Origin: Gammaproteobacteria bacterium
GTDB taxonomy: Bacteria; Pseudomonadota; Gammaproteobacteria; G965277405
DNA: 64,000 nt
Reading direction: 5' to 3'
Assembly: GCA_965277405.1 (NCBI GenBank)
Contig: OZ255726.1
Location: 416,001-480,000, forward strand
The notes beneath the pieces were generated by a model, which did no database searches, had not been told where the DNA came from, and saw only the letters and a program-made list of their open reading frames with translations. The translations under genes and the position numbers were made by a program. Shown here in pieces: positions 48,233 to 58,659 of the stretch. The first letter of the stretch is position 1. The number at the start of each line of letters is the position of its first letter.

Positions 48233-49894
48233 TTATTCTGCATAGTTGTTATGTTGAGTAGCTTCATCCGCGGCTTCTGCTAATTCCATTTGGGTAATAA
48301 TCGTTTCAGCGTCATCAATAATATCCTGAATACTCTGTTGTTCTTGTGGTGATGCGCCGGCAATTAAGCTGTCGGTAATAAGTTGATTCACCCGTTGTTT
48401 GCGCAGTATTAAAATATCATGCAACGATTGGGCGATAAGGATGCGGCGGTCTGGATAGTTGCTCGTTAATGCTTGAATAATTGTATCAGCGCAGCGTGGC
48501 AGCAATAATACCAAGTGCTGTGCTACATCTTCTGGTTGCAGTCGATTATTTTCAAACGCTGTATATATAAATTCTGCAGCATGTTCTGGGCTGAATGAAA
48601 TGGCTTGGGCGAGCAGTTTTATCTCTGGGTCTAATATATCAGTGAGCTGGTATTCATATGCAGGGTTTAACGGTGTTATTTGATGCGTAGCAACTTGGGT
48701 GATCATTTGCACGCTTGTTTCCTTGTATAAGCGCTTGCGGTTGAAGATGCTTTGCCAAAACACATACACAGAGTAGATAACATGGACTACTGCTATCGAC
48801 ATATACAACGCAGCATTGCCCAAAATCTCCATTAAGAAGCCGCCAATCTGCTGCCCTAACACGCTAAAAATTCCGTATAACAGCATCATTTTGCTCATGA
48901 TTGGCAAAATATCTTCATTTTTAATGCGCTCAAACATATGCGCATATGCAAGGGGATACATGCACGCTGCCATGCCGCTTGCCAAGACGAAGCTCGCTAT
49001 TAACAACCAATCTGGATACATGAACGGTTGTGATAGTACAATCGATACATTGGCAAGAGCACCGACGGCAGAAACTATAATTGCCAATGCCTGCTTATTG
49101 ATGGTATCCGCTAGCCAGCCAACAGGAAATTGAAATATCATTGAGCCGATATAAAAACTCGCTAACACAATGGTAATGACGAAAAATGGATGGGTGGCGA
49201 CAATGCTATTTGCATACACTGGGGTTAAGCTGATTGTTGATAAAGTAACAAGCCCGGCACACATCATCCCAACTACACTCACTGAAGAAATCGACCACAA
49301 TTGTTTGATTGGAATTTTCTTTGTGTCCTCAGAAAATGACGGAACAGGGCGATTTGTTAAACCAAGAGGAATCAGTGAAACGCAAAAACATATAGCAATT
49401 AAGCCAAATAACCTAGGGTCATCGGCGTTGGTAATGTGCAAAATAAACGGCGCGATAATCCCGCCTAAGCCATACGAGATTTGATATGTTGAAAAAATCC
49501 TGCCACGGGTAGTGCTGGTGCTTAACCCCGTCAACCAACTTTCCATAATGATAAAATTTGTAGTAATCGCATAGCCAAACAATAGGCGCATCAATGCTAC
49601 AAACCAAACAGAATCAACATAGCCGTGCGTAATAGCCAGCACACTGATAACCGCAGACATTACTGAAAATGCGCGTATATGACCAACGCGGGTAATCAGC
49701 CTTGAACCAAAAATACAAGAGAGAATAGTTCCAATAGAATAACAGGACATTGCCAGGCCAATCAAGCCAGTTGATACTCCGTTATTCTCTAATCTAATCG
49801 GCAGGGTTATAAATAGCAGCGCGTGACCAATGACACCAATCAGTGTTGCAGACAATATAGAATTTGTCCGTCCAAGCAATTGCAACATCCACAT
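48233..49894 (-). CDS. MFS transporter (YcaD-like) with a long soluble C-terminal extension
   Basis: ITRVGHIRAF, IMESWL...TRGRIFSTY, QFPVGWLAD; roughly 150 non-membrane residues at the C-terminus. Confidence 0.8.
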   Translation of the reverse strand: MWMLQLLGRTNSILSATLIGVIGHALLFITLPIRLENNGVSTGLIGLAMSCYSIGTILSCIFGSRLITRVGHIRAFSVMSAVISVLAITHGYVDSVWFVALMRLLFGYAITTNFIIMESWLTGLSTSTTRGRIFSTYQISYGLGGIIAPFILHITNADDPRLFGLIAICFCVSLIPLGLTNRPVPSFSEDTKKIPIKQLWSISSVSVVGMMCAGLVTLSTISLTPVYANSIVATHPFFVITIVLASFYIGSMIFQFPVGWLADTINKQALAIIVSAVGALANVSIVLSQPFMYPDWLLIASFVLASGMAACMYPLAYAHMFERIKNEDILPIMSKMMLLYGIFSVLGQQIGGFLMEILGNAALYMSIAVVHVIYSVYVFWQSIFNRKRLYKETSVQMITQVATHQITPLNPAYEYQLTDILDPEIKLLAQAISFSPEHAAEFIYTAFENNRLQPEDVAQHLVLLLPRCADTIIQALTSNYPDRRILIAQSLHDILILRKQRVNQLITDSLIAGASPQEQQSIQDIIDDAETIITQMELAEAADEATQHNNYAE

Positions 49895-49940
49895 AACAAC
49901 ACTCTGTGAGTACTTAAGAAACTTCAGTTTAATATACAAC

Positions 49941-50074
49941 GATTTGCGGCAATTGCGGTACTTCTGTGTAGCATCCTTTGGCGTATATGCTACGCCATGT
50001 GCTTAGCGGTTTGAGCCTGGCAATCATCAGCAATCGCAACAAGCTCACTCCAAATCGACTAAATTAAAGGTTCC
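49941..50074. mobile_element. Degenerate MITE copy 12 (end-B half)
   Basis: GCATCCTTTGGCGTATATGCTACG...GCAATCATCAGCAAT...AAAGGTTCC|TTAA; the flank is the DUF1289 stop. Confidence 0.78.
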
Positions 50075-50554
50075 TTAAAATAATAACGTCTGGTTTACAG
50101 GTGGCTGAGTAAGTTGATGCGTTGTTAGGCTGATTGCCGCGACGCGGTCTAATGCCTTGTTCCAAGTTTCATACCTTGCTGCAACAGATACTTGTATGGC
50201 TTGTTGAATAAGGGAGAAACCGTATTTTTGTGGGCTGCGAATGCGCGAAGAACTTGCTCGCAGCAATACATACAACCATGATGCTTCTACGCGGTTGTGA
50301 TCGATTTCAAGACCGAGTTTACGGCATTCGTTTTTAAGGATAGCTGAATCTTCAATGTGAAAAAACTGATGATAGGTATCGACAAGCTGTGCGTCGATGC
50401 GCTCGATGATGACAGTACGCTCTTCTTCGCTATAGCGTATCCACAGGCTTACTTCAAAATGAAAACGTTTGCAGCCGCGACAGACGTTATCACCATACAC
50501 AGTGCTGCAAGCACCAATGCATGGGTTGGTATATATTTTTGGAGCAGTCAACAT
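50075..50554 (-). CDS. DUF1289 family Fe-S/Zn-binding protein
   Basis: NPCIGACSTVYGDNVCRGCKRFHFEV..W. Confidence 0.8.
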   Translation of the reverse strand: MLTAPKIYTNPCIGACSTVYGDNVCRGCKRFHFEVSLWIRYSEEERTVIIERIDAQLVDTYHQFFHIEDSAILKNECRKLGLEIDHNRVEASWLYVLLRASSSRIRSPQKYGFSLIQQAIQVSVAARYETWNKALDRVAAISLTTHQLTQPPVNQTLLF

Positions 50555-50652
50555 TGCAGCCGCGGTTCAAAAAGTGATGAAGGCTTTGCATAGTAACCCT
50601 AACAAAATTGCTACGCTATCTGAAATGAGCATCTTCTAAGATAAATACACAG

Positions 50653-50948
50653 GGAATCTCTGATTAACTCCATGATGGATAAGACGGAGCAACAACGCTG
50701 ACGATAACTGTGTTGTGCGCAGGTCACACTGGTGGGTCTTGTGGGTATTAGCAAGTGCTGCAACGACGTTAGTACCGCTTTTTTTCCGTATTAAGTTCAA
50801 TAAACTTGTGGTTTGCGGCATTGCTTACGCTTGCTGTATTGCATCCGTTGGCGGATATGCTACGGCAGGCGCTTATGCGGTTTGCGCCTTGCAAATCATC
50901 AGCAATTGCCCGCAAACCCGTGGTATCAGCGAGTTAAGCTGCTGTTCC
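50653..50948. mobile_element. Diverged full-length MITE copy 13
   Basis: GGAATCTCTGATTAACTCCATGATGG...ATCAGCGAGTTAAGCTGCTGTTCC. Confidence 0.85.
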
Positions 50949-51023
50949 ATAAAACCAATGGGTGATACTGGCTGGCGTATATTGCAATTATTGGTTTTGG
51001 ATGGGGCTTGTAACCCAAATGAA

Positions 51024-51485
51024 TTAGCGTTTTGAATATTGTGGGCGTTTGCGAGCCTTGTGCAGACCGACTTTTTTTCGTTCAACTTGTCGAGAATCTC
51101 GGGTAACGAAGCCTGCTTTGCGTAGCTCAGGTTTGAGTTCATCGTTATAATCCATGAGTGCTCGAGTAATCGCCAATCGCGTTGCACCAGCTTGACCAGA
51201 AATACCGCCACCACTCACTGTGACCTTCACGTTAAATTGGTTGACTTTATCAACAAGTTCAAGTGGCTGAAGCAATATCATGCGTGCTGTTTCACGTCCA
51301 AAATATACTTCCACAAGGCGCTTGTTGATGGTGATCTTGCCATTGCCTGCTGTTAAATAAGCACGTGCTATAGATGTTTTACGCCGACCAGTGCCGAGAA
51401 ATGTAGTCTTCTCTGCTTGTTGTGTTCGTGCTGCAGTAAGAGTTTGTTGATTGGTAGTAGTCGGTTTTTCAGTAGGCATAATCAT
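51024..51485 (-). CDS. rpsI: 30S ribosomal protein S9 with an N-terminal extension
   Basis: [37 protein letters not shown]. Confidence 0.97.
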   Translation of the reverse strand: MIMPTEKPTTTNQQTLTAARTQQAEKTTFLGTGRRKTSIARAYLTAGNGKITINKRLVEVYFGRETARMILLQPLELVDKVNQFNVKVTVSGGGISGQAGATRLAITRALMDYNDELKPELRKAGFVTRDSRQVERKKVGLHKARKRPQYSKR

Positions 51486-51919
51486 TAACGAACGAGTTCA
51501 ATAGGTTTTGGCTGTTGTGCGCCATGAGGGTGTTGACTTCCTGCATATATCTTCAGCTTTAACAGCATCGCTCGTCCTAACGGACCTCGCGGTAACATGC
51601 CTTTTACAGCATTTCTTAAGATGCGGTCAGGGTGGGTTGCGCGGAGTTTTTCAAGGGTTTGCTGGCGGATTCCTCCAGGATAGCCGGTGTGTCTGTAATA
51701 AATTTTATTTTTTTCTTTATTACCAGTAACTGCAATTTTTTCGGCATTGATAACAACCATTGCGTCACCAGTATCCATGTGTGGGGTGAACTCTGGTTTA
51801 TGTTTGCCGCGCAGCCTTAACGCTATTTGGCTGGCTAAGCGTCCGAGGATTTTGTTTTCTGCATCGACAAGATACCAGTCGTGGTGGATGTCTTTTGCCT
51901 TAATACTGTATGTTTTCAT
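51485..51919 (-). CDS. rplM: 50S ribosomal protein L13
   Basis: [33 protein letters not shown]. Confidence 0.98.
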   Translation of the reverse strand: MKTYSIKAKDIHHDWYLVDAENKILGRLASQIALRLRGKHKPEFTPHMDTGDAMVVINAEKIAVTGNKEKNKIYYRHTGYPGGIRQQTLEKLRATHPDRILRNAVKGMLPRGPLGRAMLLKLKIYAGSQHPHGAQQPKPIELVR

Positions 51920-51944
51920 TGTATTTGATGTAAAAAATGGTGGG

Positions 51945-51972
51945 ATTGTAGTTGCGCATTTGGCATTGCCAA
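51945..51972 (-). promoter_or_regulatory. Putative sigma-70 promoter of rplM-rpsI
   Basis: TTGGCA-N16-TACAAT on the minus strand. Confidence 0.4.
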
Positions 51973-52003
51973 GTAAAAAATGTCAAGAATCATGTGTTTG
52001 TTA

Positions 52004-52660
52004 TTATAAACGAATGCCTTTCATATATTGCCGCTCTTCACGGCTGCAGCTCTTAATAAATGCATCGCGTAAAAACATGCGTTTCATATACTCAACAACT
52101 GGGCGCGCAAGTGTGTTTTGTAGCTCAATATCCATGATGCCCAAACGCCATAGCAAAGGTGTAACGTAGCAATCTAAAATACCAAACTGGGTGTTCATGA
52201 AGAAATCATGTTCTTTGAAAACTGGCGCGGTTGCTAGAATATTATCATGGAGCTGCTTGCGTAATTCTCTAATATTCTTGTTTTTAGCATCTGCCTGATC
52301 TGCTGCTAGAATAGTTTCCATTGGCTTCACCCATTCTCGTTTGATTCGCAACAGTGCCAGCCGTGTTTGCGCGCGAATAGTGGGAAATACAGAGTATAAC
52401 GGTGGATGCGGAAAACGTTCTTCGAGGTAATCAATAATAATTTCGCTATCGTACAACACTAGGTCGCGATCTATCAACATCGGCAATGAGTTGTATGGGT
52501 TATTATCGCGGATGATTGCAGGAACGTTGTTGGGGTCGCAGTCGTTTATTTCAAAATTTACATCTTTCTCATGACAAACAATCCTAACTTGGTGACTGCG
52601 AAAATTACGTGGGTCTGTAAAAAGGCGGATTGTAGTATTGTTGGTACCAGGCGATGACAT
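52004..52660 (-). CDS. sspA: Stringent starvation protein A (GST fold)
   Basis: SHQVRIV..EK, NPYNSLPMLIDRDLVLY, YLEERFPHPPL. Confidence 0.92.
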   Translation of the reverse strand: MSSPGTNNTTIRLFTDPRNFRSHQVRIVCHEKDVNFEINDCDPNNVPAIIRDNNPYNSLPMLIDRDLVLYDSEIIIDYLEERFPHPPLYSVFPTIRAQTRLALLRIKREWVKPMETILAADQADAKNKNIRELRKQLHDNILATAPVFKEHDFFMNTQFGILDCYVTPLLWRLGIMDIELQNTLARPVVEYMKRMFLRDAFIKSCSREERQYMKGIRL

Positions 52661-52668
52661 AGCGATAG

Positions 52669-53229
52669 TTAGGTTGTGGATATACGGGCTTGTTGTACTA
52701 TAAAAGCAGACACAATAAATTTATAGACGGGCAGGAAAAGAGCGACCATAACTACTTTTACTGCAAAATCACCAATAGCTAATGACAGCCATGGATGTTG
52801 TGTTCCCCAAAATGCAATTGAGAAAAAGAATATGGTGTCGATAGATGCGCCAAAGAACGAAGAGACTGACGGTGGAATCCACCAGAGTTGTGCACTACAG
52901 CGTTTTAATAAATAGGAGAAGACGCTAATGTCGAGCAACTGTCCCATGATGAATGCAGTTGCTGAAGCAATGGCGATTTGCACGGGAGCAAAAAATAGTG
53001 AGAATACGATACCCACCACAACGCCCACATACATTATTTTCCGCGCAATATTGCCCCCAAATAACCGTGTTGTGCAATCGGTAATGACGAACACAATGGG
53101 ATAGGTAAACGCCCCCCAAGTCAACCAATCATTAATAACAAATTGGACTAATATATTGGCAAGAGTAACCGCTGATGCCATGAGCAGTGCGAGAATGGCA
53201 ACGTATTTGAACGAAGGTGTTGTAAGCAT
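52669..53229 (-). CDS. Queuosine precursor transporter (YhhQ/VUT family)
   Basis: LTWGAFTYP...TD, ASATAFIMGQLLDISVF, DTIFFFSIAF. Confidence 0.8.
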   Translation of the reverse strand: MLTTPSFKYVAILALLMASAVTLANILVQFVINDWLTWGAFTYPIVFVITDCTTRLFGGNIARKIMYVGVVVGIVFSLFFAPVQIAIASATAFIMGQLLDISVFSYLLKRCSAQLWWIPPSVSSFFGASIDTIFFFSIAFWGTQHPWLSLAIGDFAVKVVMVALFLPVYKFIVSAFIVQQARISTT

Positions 53230-53299
53230 TAAACTAGTAATATAGGAAGTAAATAAATGTACTAACGCAAGTCATCGCAGCAAAGTAAGAACATGCCGT

Positions 53300-53376
53300 T
53301 GGGGTGGATGATGGGACTTGAACCCACGACAACCGGAATCACAATCCGGGGCTCTACCAGCTGAGCTACACCCACC
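53300..53376 (-). tRNA. tRNA-His (GTG)
   Basis: GGTGGGTGTAGCTCAGCTGGTAGAGC-CCGGA-TTGTGAT-TCCGG...GGGTTCAAGTCCC...CCA, with the G-1 base. Confidence 0.97.
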
Positions 53377-53389
53377 ACAACGGCGCGTG

Positions 53390-53417
53390 AGTATACGAAT
53401 TAGGCTTAGATTGTCAA
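53390..53417 (-). promoter_or_regulatory. Sigma-70 promoter of tRNA-His
   Basis: TTGACA-N16-TATACT followed by a GC-rich discriminator CACGCGCC. Confidence 0.7.
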
Positions 53418-53436
53418 AAAAATACAACGGTTGTTC

Positions 53437-56259
53437 ATGATGGTTTTTAAAGAAACAAAAACACTTCCTTTGCAAGCAAGCACAAAACAGCAACAACGCA
53501 TACAAATATTTATTGCCGCGCTTGGTGATTTTGCAGGAAATATTCTAGAAAAATATGGACAGCGTGTTGTGTATAGTAGCGATAATTCAATATACCAGCA
53601 AATCCCAACAATTATCATCCAGCCGCAGAACATTGCTGCGCTAGTTCGGGTGCTGGCGTTACGCGCTACCAAAGCCTTTTGCTCAATCCCTTTTACCGTT
53701 CGTGGCGGTGGCACTGGTACCAACGGGCAGTCGCTGACCCGATTCATAGTGATTGATACGTCATTGCTGCAGCACATTCATCCTGTCGATATTGCGAATA
53801 AAAACCTGTGGGTTGAAGCTGGTGTTATCCATAGCCTGCTACAAGAACGATTGCGGGTTGACGGCTTGACATTCCCGCCTGAGCTATCTACTTCGACCCG
53901 CGCCACGATTGGAGGAATGATAGCTACTAATGCAAGTGGCAAGGGAAGTTGCGTGTTTGGCAGGACTGCAGACTATATTTGCGCGCTCGATGTCGTACTT
54001 ACTGATGGGAGTCGTGTTGTCATACCAAGCCGCGCATCTACCACTGAGCTTGCAGAACTCCACCCAATGCTCGGTGAGTTTGCGCAATTAGTCACAGAAA
54101 AAGGGCACCCGGCAATAGCAGAATTTTTAAGCAAGACAGCACATTTACCGCGCGCCCCAGCTGGATATCAATTAGCCAATGTTGCGTATAACAACGGCGA
54201 TATTAACTGTGTCCAGCTTTGGTGTGGTAGCGAAGGTAGCTTGGGCGTTGTTGTTGCTGCGCAAATACGCGTCATAACAGCACATATCCACCGTGCAGTC
54301 ATTGTCACAGAGCATGCGGCATTTAGCCAAGCTCTGGATTGTGCACAACCGCTGGCACGCTTTAAGGCGGCTGCAATTGAGACATTAGACCAACGAGTGA
54401 TTGGACTAGCGCATTCAACACAGCAGTGGATTGATGTCGCGCAGGTATTTGCCTTGAATATGGATACCCCATCCGCGATCAATATCATCGAATGTAGCGG
54501 TAATGATATTGGACTGGTGCAGCGACAAATTGCAGCAATTCAGCAATGGGCAAGCGACAACGCCATTGCGCATGCGGTAAGTTGGCGCGCTGCAGATATT
54601 GCGGCAATCTGGGACTTGCGCGCCAATAGCGTAGGATTATTAGCCAAAATGCCATCCCGTGCCAAACCTGTTGCCTTTATAGAAGACACGGCAGTTGCTC
54701 CTGAGCATTTATCCGCATATGTTGCTGAACTCACCAAATTACTTGATAATCTCGGCGTTGCATACGGCATGTTTGGCCATGTTGATGCAGGCTGCTTGCA
54801 TGTGCGTCCTGCGCTTGATACCAGTCTTGCAGCAGATCGACAGCTAGTCGTTACTATTACTGATGCAGTCATTGCCTTGTTAAAAAAATATAATGGTGTG
54901 CTGTGGGGCGAACACGGCAAAGGGTATCGATCAGCATATGCACCTGAATATTTTGGTGATGCGTTGCAAGGGTTTATGAACGCGAGTAAACAATGTTTTG
55001 ATCCGTTTAATATCTGTAATCCAGGAAAAATTGCTCACCCAACTGGTGGAGATTTAGTGGCGATTGACGCTGTGCCAATGCACGGCGAGTCTTTTGCTGC
55101 TGTTAGCGACAATGTGCGCAACATGTATCAACAAGCATTTGCATGTAATGGCAATGCTGCGTGTTTGAATCAATCCACCACGCAATTGATGTGCCCATCG
55201 TATCAAATCACCCAAGATCGCGTGCAAAGCCCCAAAGGTCGCGCAGTATTACTCCGGCAATGGTTAGTTGAGCGGGTAACTGGTGATCAAAATAATTTGG
55301 AGGCAGAGTTATATATCTCATTAGCAAGTTGTTTAGGGTGTCAAGGATGTACGACAGGCTGCCCAGTTGAGGTCGATATTCCAAAATTGAAGTCACTGTT
55401 TTTGCAAGAATACTATCAAAAACATCGCATGCCGTTGCGCGAGTGGTGCATATCTTGCATTGAAGAATGTTCGATAATTGGTGGAAAAGTGCCTGCAATC
55501 AGCAATATCCTGATGCGATTTTCCGCGTTGCTGGGGATGCACCATTTACCGCGTTGGCGACCGCCACAATCCATGCATAACCATAACATTACCCAACCTA
55601 GCTGTGTCGTGGCAGCGGATCCATATACATGGGCGTATGATGGAGGCGTTATTGATAGCCTGTTTGCGTTGCTAGCATCAATCGGCGAAAACCCGCAGCT
55701 GTTGCCAGTGCTGCCCTGGGGTAAAGCCGCCGCAACAGTTGGAGCAATGAACAAAGCCGCAGCACAACGCGCTGCAGTCGCAGACCTAGTTAGCCAGCAA
55801 AATGTGCCAGTGATTGTGCTTGAAAGCGCCGTTAGCCTGACAACAGGCAACGATACTATCCACAATGCAGTCACTCCAGTAGCAGATTTCCTAGCGCAGC
55901 GCTTAGCAAAGTTGCCTCAGTCAGCTCTCCGTGGTGTTGTCGTGCAGCTCTGCCCGCATTGTAGTGAACAAGCTCTGTTTACCCAGTTACCGAAACAATG
56001 GCAGCTGGTGTTTGAGCACTGTGGTGCGGCAGTGAGTATAGTTACAGCAGGTTGCTGTGGCATGGCTGGCGCGTTTGGGCACCGCAAAGAGTATTTAAAG
56101 ATGAGCGCGGATATTTTTAAACGCAATTGGCAGCCATCACTTGATACAAATGCAATCATTCTGGCAACAGGCTTTTCATGCAGGAGTCAATTGCATAAAA
56201 ATAATGTTTCTTCTGTGCATCCTGTAGAGTTGCTAGCAAAGACGCTACATGGCAAGTAA
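53437..56259 (+). CDS. ydiJ: FAD/Fe-S oxidoreductase, YdiJ (D-2-hydroxyglutarate dehydrogenase)-like
   Basis: RGGGTGTNGQSL, GSEGSL, FGHVDAGCLHVRP, WGEHGKG, CLGCQGC, GCCGMAG. Confidence 0.82.
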   Translation: MMVFKETKTLPLQASTKQQQRIQIFIAALGDFAGNILEKYGQRVVYSSDNSIYQQIPTIIIQPQNIAALVRVLALRATKAFCSIPFTVRGGGTGTNGQSLTRFIVIDTSLLQHIHPVDIANKNLWVEAGVIHSLLQERLRVDGLTFPPELSTSTRATIGGMIATNASGKGSCVFGRTADYICALDVVLTDGSRVVIPSRASTTELAELHPMLGEFAQLVTEKGHPAIAEFLSKTAHLPRAPAGYQLANVAYNNGDINCVQLWCGSEGSLGVVVAAQIRVITAHIHRAVIVTEHAAFSQALDCAQPLARFKAAAIETLDQRVIGLAHSTQQWIDVAQVFALNMDTPSAINIIECSGNDIGLVQRQIAAIQQWASDNAIAHAVSWRAADIAAIWDLRANSVGLLAKMPSRAKPVAFIEDTAVAPEHLSAYVAELTKLLDNLGVAYGMFGHVDAGCLHVRPALDTSLAADRQLVVTITDAVIALLKKYNGVLWGEHGKGYRSAYAPEYFGDALQGFMNASKQCFDPFNICNPGKIAHPTGGDLVAIDAVPMHGESFAAVSDNVRNMYQQAFACNGNAACLNQSTTQLMCPSYQITQDRVQSPKGRAVLLRQWLVERVTGDQNNLEAELYISLASCLGCQGCTTGCPVEVDIPKLKSLFLQEYYQKHRMPLREWCISCIEECSIIGGKVPAISNILMRFSALLGMHHLPRWRPPQSMHNHNITQPSCVVAADPYTWAYDGGVIDSLFALLASIGENPQLLPVLPWGKAAATVGAMNKAAAQRAAVADLVSQQNVPVIVLESAVSLTTGNDTIHNAVTPVADFLAQRLAKLPQSALRGVVVQLCPHCSEQALFTQLPKQWQLVFEHCGAAVSIVTAGCCGMAGAFGHRKEYLKMSADIFKRNWQPSLDTNAIILATGFSCRSQLHKNNVSSVHPVELLAKTLHGK

Positions 56260-56288
56260 GTCATGGCATCTGCCGATGGATGCTCGCA

Positions 56289-56331
56289 CCCATGCATAGC
56301 AGTGGCATTCCCATGCATAGCAGTGGCATTC
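56289..56331. repeat. About 21-bp tandem duplication (CCATGCATAGCAGTGGCATTC x2)
   Basis: Read directly between the convergent ydiJ and ygfA. Confidence 0.75.
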
Positions 56332-56417
56332 AATGTGCAAAGTGAGATGGCAGACTGCAGAGTCGCTTCATCAGCAGGATTGATCGCACCAATATATGTG
56401 CCAAAGCTTAATTGTTG

Positions 56418-56972
56418 TTAACCCCACGTAAATACCCGTGACGGTGTCACTGCATAGTCAAGACGAATATCCCATGGGCTTGGAGTAAACGTTGTGGAGT
56501 ATTGACAGTCAAAGGCAATCGCGCAAAGTAATGGTCGCCGACTGCTAGCAAATGTTGTGTCATAATACCCGCCACCCATGCCAAGGCGGTATCCTTGGGT
56601 GTTAAAACCCACGAGCGGGGTGAACACCCAGTCAAGCTGTGCTGGTTTAATAGCGGGATTGTTGGCGGTGCACTGAGGTTGGCGAATGCCAAACGGGCCT
56701 GTATCAAGTATTGAATGTTGGCTGTAGGAGACAAACGCGAGGTGACGGTCGTTGTTGACTACAGGTGCGTAAGTTTGGATTGCCCGTTGCCAGAGGTGAT
56801 CGATAATTGTTGTAGTATCGATTTCCTCACCAAATGAAAGGTAGACACCAACATGCAGCGGTTGGTGATCATCGATGAGTTGCAACACCGATCTGCATAC
56901 TTGCACTGTATCGCTGCGACGTTGTGGGGTGGGGATTGCTTGACGTTGGCTGCGAATTGTCTTGCGCAACAT
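56418..56972 (-). CDS. ygfA: 5-formyltetrahydrofolate cyclo-ligase
   Basis: PLVGF...GYRLGMGGGYYD, WDIRLD; start revised to ATG 56972, downstream of 6S RNA. Confidence 0.9.
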   Translation of the reverse strand: MLRKTIRSQRQAIPTPQRRSDTVQVCRSVLQLIDDHQPLHVGVYLSFGEEIDTTTIIDHLWQRAIQTYAPVVNNDRHLAFVSYSQHSILDTGPFGIRQPQCTANNPAIKPAQLDWVFTPLVGFNTQGYRLGMGGGYYDTTFASSRRPLLCAIAFDCQYSTTFTPSPWDIRLDYAVTPSRVFTWG

Positions 56973-56991
56973 GTTTATAGCGGGGGATGGT

Positions 56992-57167
56992 GTGCCCACG
57001 TTACCGTCTCACAGTTGTTTCCTTGAACCGCGGCTCAAGGGTATGGCAACCAAGTGGTATGTTGGGATCGTAAGACGTAGTCACGATACACGCCCATACC
57101 GGAGAGTTACCATAATAGTTTTCTCATTGGCTCAGAAACATACTTTAATAACGAATAACCCAGGCAC
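56992..57167 (-). ncRNA. ssrS: 6S RNA
   Basis: Immediately upstream of ygfA; contains CTGAGCCAAT and CCTTGAGCCGCGGTTCAAGG, resembling gammaproteobacterial 6S; ends pair (GTGCCT/GGGCAC); TATACT -10 box at 57174-57179. Confidence 0.85.
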
Positions 57168-57187
57168 GCAATCAGTATAGAGCGTTG

Positions 57188-57877
57188 CTATTGGATAGGT
57201 GGTTTTTTTTCAGACGAAGGGCATAATTCGCCGATAATGCATGCTTGGCAATTTGGCGTTCTAGCTTTGCAAGTGTAACGGCCATGGAGAATCAGCCAGT
57301 GGTGGGCATGTATTAAATATTGTGGTGGAATATTCGCTAATAATCCAAGTTCTACAGCCAAAGGTGTCTGCCCAGGTGCAATGTTCAGTCGGTTTGCCAC
57401 ACGGAAAATATGGGTGTCGACCGCCATCGTTGCTTGACCAAAATAGGTGTTGAGAATTACATTTGCTGTTTTGCGACCGACACCTGGCAGCGTTTCGAGT
57501 GCAGCACGAGTATCTGGCACCTGTTGATTATATTGTTCGATCAATATTGCGCACGTTGCGATTATATTTTTGGCTTTGTTGTTGAATAAGCCAATTGTTT
57601 TAATATGCTGCTTGATAGCATTGATACCTAATTCATACATTGCCTTGGGAGTATTCGCCGCTGCAAATAGTCCCTTTGATGCTTTATTGACGCTAATGTC
57701 TGTCGCTTGTGCACTCAGCAACACCGCAATTAATAGCTCAAAGACACTGGTATATTCAAGCTCGGTGGTCGGATGAGGGTTCGCCGCTTGAAAACGAGAA
57801 AAAATAGTCTCGATGTGTGCATTAATAACAATGCGTGGTTTGCGTTTCATGCGTGTTGCATTTGTCTTCGAAGTCAT
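57188..57877 (-). CDS. nth: Endonuclease III
   Basis: LLSAQATD, LPGVGRKTANV (HhH motif), VDTH, C-X6-C-X2-C-X5-C cluster. Confidence 0.96.
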   Translation of the reverse strand: MTSKTNATRMKRKPRIVINAHIETIFSRFQAANPHPTTELEYTSVFELLIAVLLSAQATDISVNKASKGLFAAANTPKAMYELGINAIKQHIKTIGLFNNKAKNIIATCAILIEQYNQQVPDTRAALETLPGVGRKTANVILNTYFGQATMAVDTHIFRVANRLNIAPGQTPLAVELGLLANIPPQYLIHAHHWLILHGRYTCKARTPNCQACIIGELCPSSEKKPPIQ

Positions 57878-57927
57878 AATAATGCCACATCAAAATGTAC
57901 TTATTTTTTTACCCAACGGAGTGCCGC

Positions 57928-58506
57928 ATGGCCCGAATAACTGCCGACGATTGTTTGGCGAAAATTCCTAACAGATACGACTTGGTTTTGGCAGCAACCA
58001 AACGCGCCCATCAACTCGCTCAAGGAATCAAAGACCCTTTGATTCATAATAGTACCAATAAACCTGCAGTATTGGCATTACGTGAAATAGCAGCAGGGCT
58101 AATAACCGAAGAATCTCTGCTAGGCATCGAAGCAGAGTTGAATAACCAACCAATCGAATTAGATGAAGACGCAATGGTGCGAAAATTTGCAGAACACGAC
58201 CGTGCCCAAGAAGAAGAACGAGTACGGCAAGAAGAAATGCAACGAGAAATGATTGCCCGTCAAGGTCGGCGTGCTGAGCAAGACCGTCAAAATGAGCGGC
58301 TTGCAGCAGAACAAGATGCCGCCAATCAAGTTGAGGAAAATACCGCAAATGAAGATGAGGAAGATGCAGTAACCGATGACGAGTCAGCAGCAACATTGTC
58401 TGCTGACGCATTGCTTGATGCTGAAGTAGCTGAGCAATTCACCACCGAATTTGAAGAAAGCGATGACTTATCCAGCGGTGATTTTGAAGAAAGTGAAAAA
58501 GAGTAA
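57928..58506 (+). CDS. rpoZ: RNA polymerase omega subunit with a long charged, acidic C-terminal tail
   Basis: MARITADDC...[16 protein letters not shown]...[13 protein letters not shown]; GGAG RBS before ATG 57928. Confidence 0.9.
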   Translation: MARITADDCLAKIPNRYDLVLAATKRAHQLAQGIKDPLIHNSTNKPAVLALREIAAGLITEESLLGIEAELNNQPIELDEDAMVRKFAEHDRAQEEERVRQEEMQREMIARQGRRAEQDRQNERLAAEQDAANQVEENTANEDEEDAVTDDESAATLSADALLDAEVAEQFTTEFEESDDLSSGDFEESEKE

Positions 58507-58524
58507 CCTGACATACCATCCACT

Positions 58525-58659
58525 ATGAAACGAACATACCAACCCAGTAATATCAAACGACACAGGACGCACGGTTTTCGTGCTCGTATGGCAACAAAAG
58601 CAGGTCGCGCAGTGCTTTCACGCCGCCGCGCCAAAGGCCGCCATAGACTTACTGTATAA
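58525..58659 (+). CDS. rpmH: 50S ribosomal protein L34
   Basis: Manual translation: [44 protein letters not shown]. Confidence 0.97.
   Translation: MKRTYQPSNIKRHRTHGFRARMATKAGRAVLSRRRAKGRHRLTV

Noticed and set aside
53290-53380. tRNA-His as an integration site for a genomic island
   Set aside because: No integrase and no duplicated tRNA 3' end seen in the window; the flanks are housekeeping genes.
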